A DNA stretch of 64,000 nucleotides, taken from contig CBDCFW010000006.1 in assembly GCA_965216465.1 (NCBI GenBank), forward strand, positions 1,184,001 to 1,248,000, in the 5' to 3' direction. Of this stretch, positions 30,957-40,421 are shown in pieces. This DNA comes from Bacteroidia bacterium. GTDB taxonomy: Bacteria; Bacteroidota; Bacteroidia; NS11-12g; UBA9320. The position numbers were made by a program, and so were the translations under genes. Within the stretch, counting starts at the first letter, position 1, and each line of letters opens with the position of its first letter. The notes beneath the pieces are model-generated. The model was given only the letters and a program-made list of their open reading frames with translations, did no database searches and had not been told where the DNA came from.

Positions 30957-31532
30957 GTGATGACAGAAAAGGAAATTATCAAAGGGTGCATACGCAACGA
31001 TCGGCGCAGTCAGAATGCGTTGTATAAATCGTATTTTCCTTTGTTAACTAGTATTGCCTTGAGGTATACGTCAAATAAAGATGACGCACTCTCAGCGGTA
31101 AACTATGGTTTCCTAAAGGTGCTGCAAAATATTAAGTCCTATAACAGCAAGCATACCTTAGCTACGTGGATAAGAAATATTTTGGTGAACCACCTGATCG
31201 ACGAGTTCAGAAAGAACCAAAAATACATCACTAGCATTCACCTCGTAGGAGATGAAGAAGTAAATGAGGCGGTTGATACAAACCTAGTAGAGAAAAAATG
31301 GCATGAAGACGAGTTGCGAGCTATGCTCGAAAAGTTACCAAACGTTACTAAAAATGTATTTAACCTTTATGCAATAGATGGGTATAAACACCAGGAGATT
31401 GCAGATATGCTTGGCTTTTCTGTCGGAACCAGTAAATGGCACGTTAGTGAGGCAAGAAAACGGTTAAAAGTGTTTCTTGAAGCTGAGTTAATTAAAGAAA
31501 AAAAAAGAGTTGAAACAGCGGATTTAAAATGA
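30957..31532 (+). CDS. ECF RNA polymerase sigma factor
   Basis: SQNALY, WIRNILVN..ID, VFNLYAIDGYKHQEIA.MLG.SVGTSKW. Confidence 0.93.
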   Translation: MMTEKEIIKGCIRNDRRSQNALYKSYFPLLTSIALRYTSNKDDALSAVNYGFLKVLQNIKSYNSKHTLATWIRNILVNHLIDEFRKNQKYITSIHLVGDEEVNEAVDTNLVEKKWHEDELRAMLEKLPNVTKNVFNLYAIDGYKHQEIADMLGFSVGTSKWHVSEARKRLKVFLEAELIKEKKRVETADLK

Positions 31533-32827
31533 AAAAGATAGATGACATATTCAAAAGCGGCCTAGATCAGAAAGGATTGGCGTATGAAGAGGCTCATTGG
31601 GATCAAATGAGTGCTTTGTTGGGAAGTGAGAAGTTGGGATTCTTTCAGCGCTATAAATTTTGGATGTTGGCATTATTGTTAGCCAGCTCTGCGAGCATTA
31701 TGGGTTATATGTTATTGCAATCTCCAGAACAGGAAGTTGTTGCAAAAGTGCCCGATATTTTGCAACCTAAATCTGAAAAAACAGTTGAAGCAACCGATAG
31801 TGTTCCTATGCAATTCGTAGTAGACCTTTCATCTTTCAATTTAGACTGGGATCCGTACTCAAGTTATTATCCGAGCAATTACGATTTTTATGGGCATTAT
31901 AATCCAAGTCCATATCCACCATACCAACCTGATTTGAGCATGTTCCCACAATTCAATTCTGGTCAGATCCGACCGGGTAAGCTGCAAGATGTTAATCTTA
32001 AATCAATTTTTGATGTTGATCTGTTAAAAGATGAACAATTTAGAAAAGCTAAGAAAACTTCGCAATTGAAGTCAGGACCTACTAAGCTTGGTATAAGCGT
32101 AGCTCCATACACTTCATATTCTTTTTACGACAGAGACTATGACAAGACTGAAAACCTCGCTTGGAAAGATGAAGAAACTCCGCTCAATAGTCTAGGTTAT
32201 GGAATTGATCTACTCGTAAAAAGAAAGAACTTAACTTTAAGAACCGGGTTGGGCGTACAGAAAATTGTTGAATCAACAAAGTATTCTGTTGAAGTAGAAC
32301 AATGGGAGTTTGAAAAGAATTTCAGAATAATTAATCATAACTACGATTCAACTCCAAGAGGAACGCGAGTTGTTTTGGTGCAAGAAGTAATTGATTCAGT
32401 CTATTTAGGTCTGATTCGTAGACCTATTGGCCCTGAAGAAGAGATTCAGTTGAATTATGTCGTGATTCCGTTAGCACTTCGTTACGAAAAGTCACTTAAT
32501 CGAATGGTATACTTCGGTGAGGCAGGAGCACAATTGTCAATCTTGCAAAGTGCATCTGGCAAATACAGCTTTGGATCGCTTGAAACTATTGATTCACTGG
32601 GTGTGATAAAAGCAAATTTGATAGACCTGGAACAAAACGGATCTGTTCTTAACAAAAATATTCTGTATCTAAATGCAAGTCTTGGAATGGAGTTCAGAAT
32701 GTCACGACGTGCCAGCTTATGGACAAGTTATGGAGTTTCGAGAACGTCGAATTCTATGTTTTCAAACTACCGTCAGGTACCAAAGCTAGGAACAGTTCGA
32801 TTTGGATTGCGTTATCGACTTTATTGA
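31529..32827 (+). CDS. Putative anti-sigma factor with TM helix and C-terminal outer-membrane beta-barrel
   Basis: Coupled to the ECF gene by a 4-nt overlap; IDDIFK..L...W N-terminal domain, TM helix, low-complexity linker, amphipathic strands ending RFGLRYRLY. Confidence 0.75.
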   Translation: MKKIDDIFKSGLDQKGLAYEEAHWDQMSALLGSEKLGFFQRYKFWMLALLLASSASIMGYMLLQSPEQEVVAKVPDILQPKSEKTVEATDSVPMQFVVDLSSFNLDWDPYSSYYPSNYDFYGHYNPSPYPPYQPDLSMFPQFNSGQIRPGKLQDVNLKSIFDVDLLKDEQFRKAKKTSQLKSGPTKLGISVAPYTSYSFYDRDYDKTENLAWKDEETPLNSLGYGIDLLVKRKNLTLRTGLGVQKIVESTKYSVEVEQWEFEKNFRIINHNYDSTPRGTRVVLVQEVIDSVYLGLIRRPIGPEEEIQLNYVVIPLALRYEKSLNRMVYFGEAGAQLSILQSASGKYSFGSLETIDSLGVIKANLIDLEQNGSVLNKNILYLNASLGMEFRMSRRASLWTSYGVSRTSNSMFSNYRQVPKLGTVRFGLRYRLY

Positions 32828-33474
32828 TTTGTAGGGTAACTTTTTGATTTTGGGAACTTAACGTTTACCCCAATTCCAAAGTTAAAAGGAATCCACTCGA
32901 CATCTGAAGTGTAATAAACAGGCACAGCAAAGCCTATTTGCGTTTGGAACTTTACAATTGGACCACCAAATCTAAATGTGCTAGTAGGTTCTATAAATAC
33001 ATCTTGAGCTGTAACACCCATTTCGTCATAGGTTACAAGTGTAAACTTTGGTGTAAATCCAATTTCGGAGTGTTTTCGAACCCAGCCCATGGTGGGTTGT
33101 ACAATAAACTTCGAATAGTCAATCTCGGATCGCCCTAATCCAAACCCTGCAAGACCTTCAAACATGAATACGTCATTGAAGTAATGATAATAGCCAGCAC
33201 CAACGGTAAACGAATTGGTTATGGCATTACCAGAACTTGAACTGTTGCTGCTTGTTTCATTGAACGTGGTCGAAAAGTCGCCGTGAACGAAAAAATGGCT
33301 GTCAATTGAATGTGCTGCTTGGAAATCTGCCTTGTATAACAGCGAGGCGTTAATGTTCGTTTGACCTCCTTCTTTAAACATCGGAGTGTGAACGGCCGAT
33401 GGCACATATCCAATTTTGCAACTGGATACAAGACTTCCTACAATAAGTAATGGTAGTATTTTTTTCAAAAGCAT
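32821..33474 (-). CDS. Hypothetical lipoprotein with beta-barrel-like strands
   Basis: Lipobox VSSC; alternating aromatic/Gly strands; ATG 6 nt after TATATTTG. Confidence 0.7.
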   Translation of the reverse strand: MLLKKILPLLIVGSLVSSCKIGYVPSAVHTPMFKEGGQTNINASLLYKADFQAAHSIDSHFFVHGDFSTTFNETSSNSSSSGNAITNSFTVGAGYYHYFNDVFMFEGLAGFGLGRSEIDYSKFIVQPTMGWVRKHSEIGFTPKFTLVTYDEMGVTAQDVFIEPTSTFRFGGPIVKFQTQIGFAVPVYYTSDVEWIPFNFGIGVNVKFPKSKSYPTNQ

Positions 33475-33528
33475 GGTGTACAAATATAATTGATGGCTAG
33501 GATGAATTTTCCCCAATCTTATTGAGTC

Positions 33529-33565
33529 AAAAAAAAATGCCGAAAGTAAAACCTTCCGACATTTT
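33529..33565 (-). terminator. Intrinsic terminator of the candidate sRNA
   Basis: Minus strand AAAATGTCGGAAG-gtttta-CTTTCGGCATTTTTTTTT. Confidence 0.75.
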
Positions 33566-33624
33566 GTAATTAACTAACCCCCAAGTTAATTGTCTTAAAT
33601 TTCTTTGCTTCTCTTTCGAAGCAT
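33529..33624 (-). ncRNA. Candidate standalone small RNA (about 95 nt)
   Basis: Perfect TATATTTG box at 33636-33629, two hairpins, then a terminator hairpin with a T9 tail; no credible ORF. Confidence 0.55.
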
Positions 33625-33753
33625 GCTCCAAATATAAAGCAACAATCTTTAATATTAAAACACATTTTGCTCTAAGGCGGAAAATATGTTACACCATGCG
33701 TAAATTTAGTAGGGCGGTTTTGCGTCTGTATTTGACAAGTTGATAACAGAAAA

Positions 33754-34938
33754 CTACCAAGGAGAATCCTTTTTTATAAGGTCTAGTCCGCCTTCTTCCT
33801 TCTCTTTTTCTGTAATGTTGAAATAGCTTAAAAAGCCATCTTTTGTGTAGGTGTCAACGTTCCAAGACTTCACAATTTGTCCATCTTTGTACACCAATAT
33901 ACGCGGATAAGTCTCTCCTTCAAGCAATCTTTTAAAGGTAACATAATCTTCAATCAGGTTATGTGGGTGCTCGCATTCGCCAGCCTGACTAAAGAAATAG
34001 CTCTGTTCATATTGTGACCCAAAATTGACCAAGTAAAGTTGAGGTAGGTTAGGTGATTCTGTCACTTTACAAATGTCAGCATACACTTCTTGGCAGTGTG
34101 AGCAGGTCATACTGAATAGACATACTACCTTTTGTCCTTTACTCAGATCTACAGATTTTAATGCTGGAACGTATTGATAAAGTAATTGAGTTGTTTTTGG
34201 TAAACTCGTAGTGGATGGTTCAGCTGCCACAACTGTTTCCACTTCTTGAGCTTCAGGTTCGGTTTCTGGAATGTTCAGTTCATCTTCTCGTGGAGCCTCA
34301 CTGCCAAGGATTAGTTCTTCCTCTAAATCAGGTGATAGCGTATCGATTGGTGCTTGAGCAGTATCTACCGGGGTTTCAAGAACCACTTCTTCATTTATTT
34401 CAGGTGCTTCAAAGCTTTTTATTCCAAACGAAAGGGTAAAAAGGCTAATTGCTCCAACTAAGAATGGTGACACCCATGAATTGAACACTGCTCGTTCGTT
34501 GTATTTAATCCACACAAATATTCCTATGAAAATCGCAGCCACATTTTTCAAAATCGACTCAAGGTTGTTCATGGGTAAAACATCCCCGAAACAACCGCAG
34601 TTACCTTCAATAAACCCGTTTGGCTTACTAAGACTGTCGATGAATAAATGGACTGTAAAAAGAATAAGTATTAACATGATTGATGGCATAACCAGCCGCT
34701 TGAACCACTTGTTTTGCAATACCGCAATACCTAAGACCAATTCGCCTGTAATAAGAACTCTGGTAAATACCTGTGACCAAAACATCTCTTTTGGATGATC
34801 AAAATAATCTGGTCCAATTAAAAATTCAGCAACCATCCCATCGAAGAAGGGAAGCGAAATGAATTTGCTAATTGCAGAGAAAATAAAAAGGGCACTTAAT
34901 AGAATTCGACCAAAATTAAGAAGTAAGTTTCTATTCAT
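33754..34938 (-). CDS. DoxX/MauE-family membrane protein with a thioredoxin-like periplasmic domain (BT_3928-like)
   Basis: RILLSALFIFSAISK, NCGCFGD, KN motif, C-terminal TCSHC and YPRI. Confidence 0.8.
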   Translation of the reverse strand: MNRNLLLNFGRILLSALFIFSAISKFISLPFFDGMVAEFLIGPDYFDHPKEMFWSQVFTRVLITGELVLGIAVLQNKWFKRLVMPSIMLILILFTVHLFIDSLSKPNGFIEGNCGCFGDVLPMNNLESILKNVAAIFIGIFVWIKYNERAVFNSWVSPFLVGAISLFTLSFGIKSFEAPEINEEVVLETPVDTAQAPIDTLSPDLEEELILGSEAPREDELNIPETEPEAQEVETVVAAEPSTTSLPKTTQLLYQYVPALKSVDLSKGQKVVCLFSMTCSHCQEVYADICKVTESPNLPQLYLVNFGSQYEQSYFFSQAGECEHPHNLIEDYVTFKRLLEGETYPRILVYKDGQIVKSWNVDTYTKDGFLSYFNITEKEKEEGGLDLIKKDSPW

Positions 34939-35012
34939 GTTTCTAATAAACGCTACGAATTTAAAAATGATTGCCTACAATCAGCAAGAAATAAATCGGC
35001 TTTAACTTGTAC

Positions 35013-36425
35013 CTATTTAACGGTTGTGGGGCAGACGTAGTCCGTTCGCGTGATCGAAGTAGTTTTAATGGCGTCGTATCCTCCCGCTACATCAATCATG
35101 TTGTGATAGCCTCTCGATTTTAAAATGGAAGATGCAATTACTGAACGGTAGCCTCCAGCACAATGAACGAAGAAATCTTCCTCTTTTGGAAACGAAGCTA
35201 AGTGGTCGTTTAAGTTGTCTAAAGGCGTAGAAATAGCGTCTTCAACGTGTTCTGCTGTGAATTCTCCGGGCTTTCTAACATCAAATACCTTTAGCTTATC
35301 CTTTGCTAATTGAGACTCAAATTCTTCAACACGAATTGAACGTAAAGAATCAAGCTGTCTTCCTGAGGATTTCCATGCTTCAATGCCTCCTTTTAAATAA
35401 CCCAAGGTGTTATCGAATCCTACCCGGCTTAATCGGGTAATCGTTTCTTCAAGCTTGTCTTCGTCTGCTACTAAAAGAATAGGCTGTTTTACGTCTTTAA
35501 TTAACGCACCTACCCATGGTGCAAAACTGCCGTCGATACCTATGAATATGCTACGCGGAATAAAACCTTTAACAAAAATATTTTCGTGTCGAACATCAAG
35601 AACAATGGCATCTGTTTCATTTGCCGCTGCTTCAAATTCTTCTGGGCTAAGTGCACGTTTACCTTGTTCTAAAACACGATCAATAGACTCATAACCCTCT
35701 TTGTTTAGCTGAACGTTTAAGGGGAAATAAGCTGGTGGTGCAGCGAGACCATCGGTAACTTCCGCAACAAATTCTTCTTTGGTCATATCAGAACGCAAGG
35801 CATAATTCATACGTTTTTGATTCCCTAAGGTATCAACTGTTTCCTTCATCATGTTCTTGCCACAAGCACTGCCTGCACCATGCCCCGGATAAACAATAAC
35901 ATCGTCTGCCAAAGGCATAATTTTATTGCGTAAACTGTCGAATAGCGTTCCAGCCAACTCTTCTTGGGTCATATCGGCGGCCTTTTGAGCTAAATCAGGT
36001 CTTCCAACATCGCCCAGAAAAAGCGTGTCTCCAGAAAAAATACAATGATTGTTTCCGTTTTCGTCTTTTAATAAATAAGTGCTGCTTTCCATCGTGTGCC
36101 CAGGGGTGTGTAACACCTGAATGGTCAAATTACCCAATTTGAACTCTTGATTGTCGGTAGCAATTAATGCATCAAATTTAGGATTGGCGTTGGGGCCATA
36201 AATAATACTTGCTCCCGTTTTGTCTGCCAAGGTTACGTGACCGCTTACAAAATCAGCATGAAAGTGGGTTTCGAAGATGTACTTAATCTTAGCACCGTCT
36301 TTATCCGCTCTATCAATATAGTCTTGAACTTCTCTAAGCGGGTCAATTATTGCCGCTTCTCCCTCAGACTCAATGTAATAAGCTCCTTGGGCCAAACAGC
36401 CCGTATAAATTTGTTCTATTCTCAC
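35013..36425 (-). CDS. MBL-fold persulfide dioxygenase-rhodanese fusion (CstB-like), copy 2
   Basis: ETHFHADF, HTPGHT, GDTLF.GDVGRPDL, PGHGAGSACG, HCAGGYRS. Confidence 0.92.
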   Translation of the reverse strand: MRIEQIYTGCLAQGAYYIESEGEAAIIDPLREVQDYIDRADKDGAKIKYIFETHFHADFVSGHVTLADKTGASIIYGPNANPKFDALIATDNQEFKLGNLTIQVLHTPGHTMESSTYLLKDENGNNHCIFSGDTLFLGDVGRPDLAQKAADMTQEELAGTLFDSLRNKIMPLADDVIVYPGHGAGSACGKNMMKETVDTLGNQKRMNYALRSDMTKEEFVAEVTDGLAAPPAYFPLNVQLNKEGYESIDRVLEQGKRALSPEEFEAAANETDAIVLDVRHENIFVKGFIPRSIFIGIDGSFAPWVGALIKDVKQPILLVADEDKLEETITRLSRVGFDNTLGYLKGGIEAWKSSGRQLDSLRSIRVEEFESQLAKDKLKVFDVRKPGEFTAEHVEDAISTPLDNLNDHLASFPKEEDFFVHCAGGYRSVIASSILKSRGYHNMIDVAGGYDAIKTTSITRTDYVCPTTVK

Positions 36426-36446
36426 GATTCTTTTATAACAACAAAA

Positions 36447-37868
36447 TTACAGCATTGTTGTTGGACAAACATATTCTGTAAATTCAAAGCTTGAAATTAC
36501 TTCCAAACCTTTAAATCCTTTCTCAATATTGATAAGCTGGTTAAAACCTTTCGATTTTAGCAAAGATGCAAAGATTACCGAGCGATATCCACCCAAACAA
36601 TGAATGTAATAAGTTTCATTAACGTCAAGTTTTTCTAGTTGATTTTCGAAATAATCAAGTGGCGTGTTTTGAGCATTTTTTAAGTGCTGACTGTTGTACT
36701 CACTTGCTTTACGTACATCAAGCACTTTGATGTTCGACGAGTTGTGGATGACTTCAAATTTTTCTGGAGAGATAGACTCTATTTGATCAATAGGTCTTTT
36801 GGAATCTGACCACGTTTCAAATCCACCTTCAAGGTAACCCAGGTTGTTATCGAATCCAATTCGAGCCATTCTGACTGCCACTTCAATTTCTCGATCCTTG
36901 TCTGCTATGAACACAATAGGTTGTTTAACATCTTTCAAAACGGTTCCTAACCATGTTGCAAAATTTCCATCGACGCCAATAAATATAGAGTTTGGAACGA
37001 AGCCCTTTACAAATTGAGCTTCATTTCGGGTATCAATAATTATTGCATTTTTTTGAGCTACTACCTCGTCAAATTCTTCTAATGTTAGTGGTTGGGTTCC
37101 TTGAGCGACAACATTGTCAATGCTGTTGTAACCTTGAATATTCATCAATACATTGTGAGGAAAATAGGCTGGGGGAGGTGTAAGTCCGGTAAGTACTTCA
37201 TTTACAAATTCGTCTTCAGTCATATCTGGACGAAGTGCATAGTTGGTTTTTTTCTGATTGCCCAATAAGTCTGTTGTTTCTGAACTCATGTTTTTACCAC
37301 AAGCACTTCCCGCACCATGCCCGGGATAAACCATAACATAGTCTTCAAGGGGCATTATTTTATTTCGAAGCGAGTGGAATAGCATTCTCGCCAGTTTATC
37401 TTGTGTTAATTCTGCAATTACTTTTTGGGCAAGATCAGGTCGGCCAACATCACCGATGAACAAAGTGTCACCTGAAAAGAGGGAGTGCTGCTTTCCGTGC
37501 TCATCAAGAAGTAAATATGAGCTAGATTCAGTAGTGTGTCCAGGGGTATGAAGTAATTTTATAGTGATGTTACCTAGCGGGAATTCTTGCTCGTCTTTGG
37601 CAACTAAAATGTCGTAACCTGTTTGCATTGTTGTAGGACCAAATACAATGGGTGCTCCAGTTTTTTTCGAAAGATCTACATGGCCGCTCACAAAGTCTGC
37701 GTGAAAATGCGTTTCAAAGATGTACTTAATCTTCGCTCCGCGTTCTTCCGCCATATCGATGTATTGTTGTACTTCTCTAAGAGGGTCTATTATTGCGGCT
37801 TCTCCATTTGATTCTATGTAATAAGCTCCGTGTGCTAAGCATCCTGTATATAATTGTTCTACCTGCAT
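36447..37868 (-). CDS. MBL-fold persulfide dioxygenase-rhodanese fusion (CstB-like), copy 1
   Basis: Same motifs as copy 2; rhodanese loop HCLGGYRS. ATG at 37868. Confidence 0.92.
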   Translation of the reverse strand: MQVEQLYTGCLAHGAYYIESNGEAAIIDPLREVQQYIDMAEERGAKIKYIFETHFHADFVSGHVDLSKKTGAPIVFGPTTMQTGYDILVAKDEQEFPLGNITIKLLHTPGHTTESSSYLLLDEHGKQHSLFSGDTLFIGDVGRPDLAQKVIAELTQDKLARMLFHSLRNKIMPLEDYVMVYPGHGAGSACGKNMSSETTDLLGNQKKTNYALRPDMTEDEFVNEVLTGLTPPPAYFPHNVLMNIQGYNSIDNVVAQGTQPLTLEEFDEVVAQKNAIIIDTRNEAQFVKGFVPNSIFIGVDGNFATWLGTVLKDVKQPIVFIADKDREIEVAVRMARIGFDNNLGYLEGGFETWSDSKRPIDQIESISPEKFEVIHNSSNIKVLDVRKASEYNSQHLKNAQNTPLDYFENQLEKLDVNETYYIHCLGGYRSVIFASLLKSKGFNQLINIEKGFKGLEVISSFEFTEYVCPTTML

Positions 37869-37915
37869 AATTTTAAAAGTTTGGTGCAAAATTATTGGCA
37901 GAACTTCCGTCGCTT

Positions 37916-37931
37916 TGTGACGCAGGTTACT
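37916..37931. promoter_or_regulatory. Putative Crp/Fnr-family binding site
   Basis: TGTGAC-GCAG-GTTACT, an imperfect palindrome upstream of the TAATTTTG box of copy 1 and next to the Crp/Fnr gene. Confidence 0.55.
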
Positions 37932-37959
37932 TTATGATGTGATATTAGTTATATGAATC

Positions 37960-38619
37960 TTACAGATTCAAGAGGGTAATTTTGTTTCTGCTGTGCGATA
38001 TTTTTCCATCGCTTTCCAACTTTGCTAAGATTCTTGAGATTACCACTCTTGAAGAATGCAGGTCATTAGCGATTTGTGCATGGGTAGAAACTATTTCTTT
38101 GTCACCGGTAACATACACCTTGTCTTTAAGGTATTTTAAGATACGATCTTCCATGTTGTTAAATGCTAGGTTGTCAATAGCTTCTAGCATTTCATTCATT
38201 CTATAATTGTAGGTTTCCAACACAAATGAACGCCATGAATGAAAACGGGCCATCCAATCTTCAACCTTGCCAATTGGTATAAACAGTAATTCTGCAGGGC
38301 TTTCGGTAAGTGCTCTAATCTTACTTTTTGCAGCTCGTGCACAGCAATTTAAGGTCACTGCACATGTTTCACCCAATTCGAGATAGTAAATCAAGAGCTC
38401 GCGTCCTTCACTATCTTCGGTCATTATCTTAAGCGAACCGGAAACGATTAGCGGCAAGTATTGCAGTTCATCTCCAATATCTACAACAAGTTCGTCGGCC
38501 TCGTAGGTTTTCAGAATTCCGTTGTGACAAATTTCGTTGATGAGTTGCTCTTCGAAAATGTTTTGAAATTTATCATGAAGGTTATTGTAGCACGTAATGT
38601 CGAAAGGTTGAACAGACAT
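37960..38619 (-). CDS. Crp/Fnr family transcriptional regulator
   Basis: cNMP-like domain (SGSLKI, GRELLIYYL..GETC) and HTH THAQIANDLHSSRVVISRIL. Confidence 0.92.
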   Translation of the reverse strand: MSVQPFDITCYNNLHDKFQNIFEEQLINEICHNGILKTYEADELVVDIGDELQYLPLIVSGSLKIMTEDSEGRELLIYYLELGETCAVTLNCCARAAKSKIRALTESPAELLFIPIGKVEDWMARFHSWRSFVLETYNYRMNEMLEAIDNLAFNNMEDRILKYLKDKVYVTGDKEIVSTHAQIANDLHSSRVVISRILAKLESDGKISHSRNKITLLNL

Positions 38620-38662
38620 AGGGCGAAATTACGGAATTATTTAAAGCAATTAACCGATAAGA

Positions 38663-39199
38663 TTAATAAGCTGAATGAATAATTTTTACTTGCTGGTTTA
38701 CGCCGCTTGTTATTGACTTTGCTGATATGGTGGCTCCACTAATGCCATCGATGTTTTTACCAATTTCAAAAGTGTCTTTACCTTCAAACTGACGAAGCCA
38801 ACCTTTACTGGCCACTTGATAGCCGTGGTCGGAGGTGTATTCTAAAACTCTAACTTTTTTGACCTGCTTTTGAGCATCGAATGCAGTCATGTAAAAGAAT
38901 TGTTCAAACCCAATACTGTCGTTCGAAGGTTTATCACATCCACCCAAACGACACCCTAAGGCTCTACTAATTATGGAGTAACCAACAATTGAATCTTCAT
39001 TTGATATTTCAAACAGTTGATGATTGATATTCAAAGAGTCAGGTAACATGGCTTCACGATGAATAAGTTCATCGCCAAAAACCTTTTTCAAATGACGATC
39101 CATTTTTTTAGTTAAATAGTCAGGCAAATAGCTATATGCACCAATAGCACTCACACTAATTGCTGAAACTAAAAAGATATAGATCGCTTTCTTAATCAT
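38663..39199 (-). CDS. FMN-binding domain protein
   Basis: DGISGATIS flavinylation motif; VRVLEY...HG; WLRQF.G. Confidence 0.85.
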   Translation of the reverse strand: MIKKAIYIFLVSAISVSAIGAYSYLPDYLTKKMDRHLKKVFGDELIHREAMLPDSLNINHQLFEISNEDSIVGYSIISRALGCRLGGCDKPSNDSIGFEQFFYMTAFDAQKQVKKVRVLEYTSDHGYQVASKGWLRQFEGKDTFEIGKNIDGISGATISAKSITSGVNQQVKIIHSAY

Positions 39200-39202
39200 T
39201 AA

Positions 39203-40396
39203 TTATCTGAACCAGTACCCTACACCAGCGTTAAAAGTATTTACCTTATTGTCGTTTCCGTCTACTGTTTGTTGAAAGTCTGCTTTAAGAACCATAGAAG
39301 GTGCCACGAAGTAAGAAACCCCGGTGGTTAGAATATCTTTTTTGTATGCAAGATTTACGGTTTGTCCTTCATTTACTTGTTGATGTGTATTCAATTGTGA
39401 ATAGCGAATAAATGGAACAAGTTTGTTTTTGTGCTTGATCAGGCTTGCAATGTTGTATCCAACCTCTGCATAGTAACCAAATGCTTGAGTACCTAAATTA
39501 GCTCCTGTAAAACCGTTGTACTGATCAGTGTTGTTTAAGTTCATCGCAATAAGCTGACCTCTTGATTCAAAGTTTTTGCGTTGAAATCTAAAATCAAAGC
39601 CAACCATTTGGACACCAATTGATGAACTATCTGCAATCATAACTTGAGCCGTACTGTCTTGATGTAAGTTGTTAAATAAGTTAGATTCTGTTTGCCCTAA
39701 ATAAGCTGAAAGACCCACATCTAACCCACGAACACCGTAATAGGTTAATCGACCCGATAAGTCAGGATGTGACATGGTCACCTGAGAACCTTTTTGACGT
39801 GCTCCGCGAATAGGTTTTGAACCACTTAATTTTCCTTCATTGTTATATCCTAATGGCCCATTGACCAAATACAGCTGATAACGAAGTCCTTGACTAGGCA
39901 AGTTGCCCGAAAATCCAGCTCCTATCTCTCTCCAGGTAGTAGGAACCATGACATTATCAATTATTGGACGCTCAACTCCATTAAATGTTGTTGGCTCGTG
40001 ATATTCATTAACAATTCCCATAGGGATTAGCATCAAACCTGCTTGAAAGTTTAGCCATGGTTTAACTTCCTGGTTTAAGAATGCCTGCTCAAGAAAGACT
40101 TCCTTAATGTGTTCAATCTCGATTTCTGTAATGAAAGAGGTTTTAGGACTAAATTTATATCCAAACAACAACACCTGGCGGTGAACATCAAGCTGCCCAT
40201 TATTTTGCATATTTGAAGCAATCGGTTGGTTAAAATGTACTTCTCCGTATGCAGCCATGAGCAAGTTTCCATCTTTGCTATCAATTAAGGTATACGCTGA
40301 ATTCTTGCGAGGACTATTTGTACTGTCAGTAGTTTGAGCACTTCCTTGAAATGCGAATAATACAATGACAAATGCAATGAATAAATTTAATCTCAT
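39203..40396 (-). CDS. Outer-membrane porin-like beta-barrel
   Basis: Signal peptide; YGEVHFN, EIEIEH, LEQAF, HEPTTFNGVERP, PTTWREIG; C-terminal GVGYWF. Confidence 0.82.
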   Translation of the reverse strand: MRLNLFIAFVIVLFAFQGSAQTTDSTNSPRKNSAYTLIDSKDGNLLMAAYGEVHFNQPIASNMQNNGQLDVHRQVLLFGYKFSPKTSFITEIEIEHIKEVFLEQAFLNQEVKPWLNFQAGLMLIPMGIVNEYHEPTTFNGVERPIIDNVMVPTTWREIGAGFSGNLPSQGLRYQLYLVNGPLGYNNEGKLSGSKPIRGARQKGSQVTMSHPDLSGRLTYYGVRGLDVGLSAYLGQTESNLFNNLHQDSTAQVMIADSSSIGVQMVGFDFRFQRKNFESRGQLIAMNLNNTDQYNGFTGANLGTQAFGYYAEVGYNIASLIKHKNKLVPFIRYSQLNTHQQVNEGQTVNLAYKKDILTTGVSYFVAPSMVLKADFQQTVDGNDNKVNTFNAGVGYWFR

Positions 40397-40421
40397 GCCT
40401 TAGTTTGGCGCAAAGTTATTT

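Noticed and set aside
35013-37868. Possible assembly duplication or mobile-element repeat
   Set aside because: The copies differ throughout at synonymous and amino-acid level, consistent with an old paralogous duplication.
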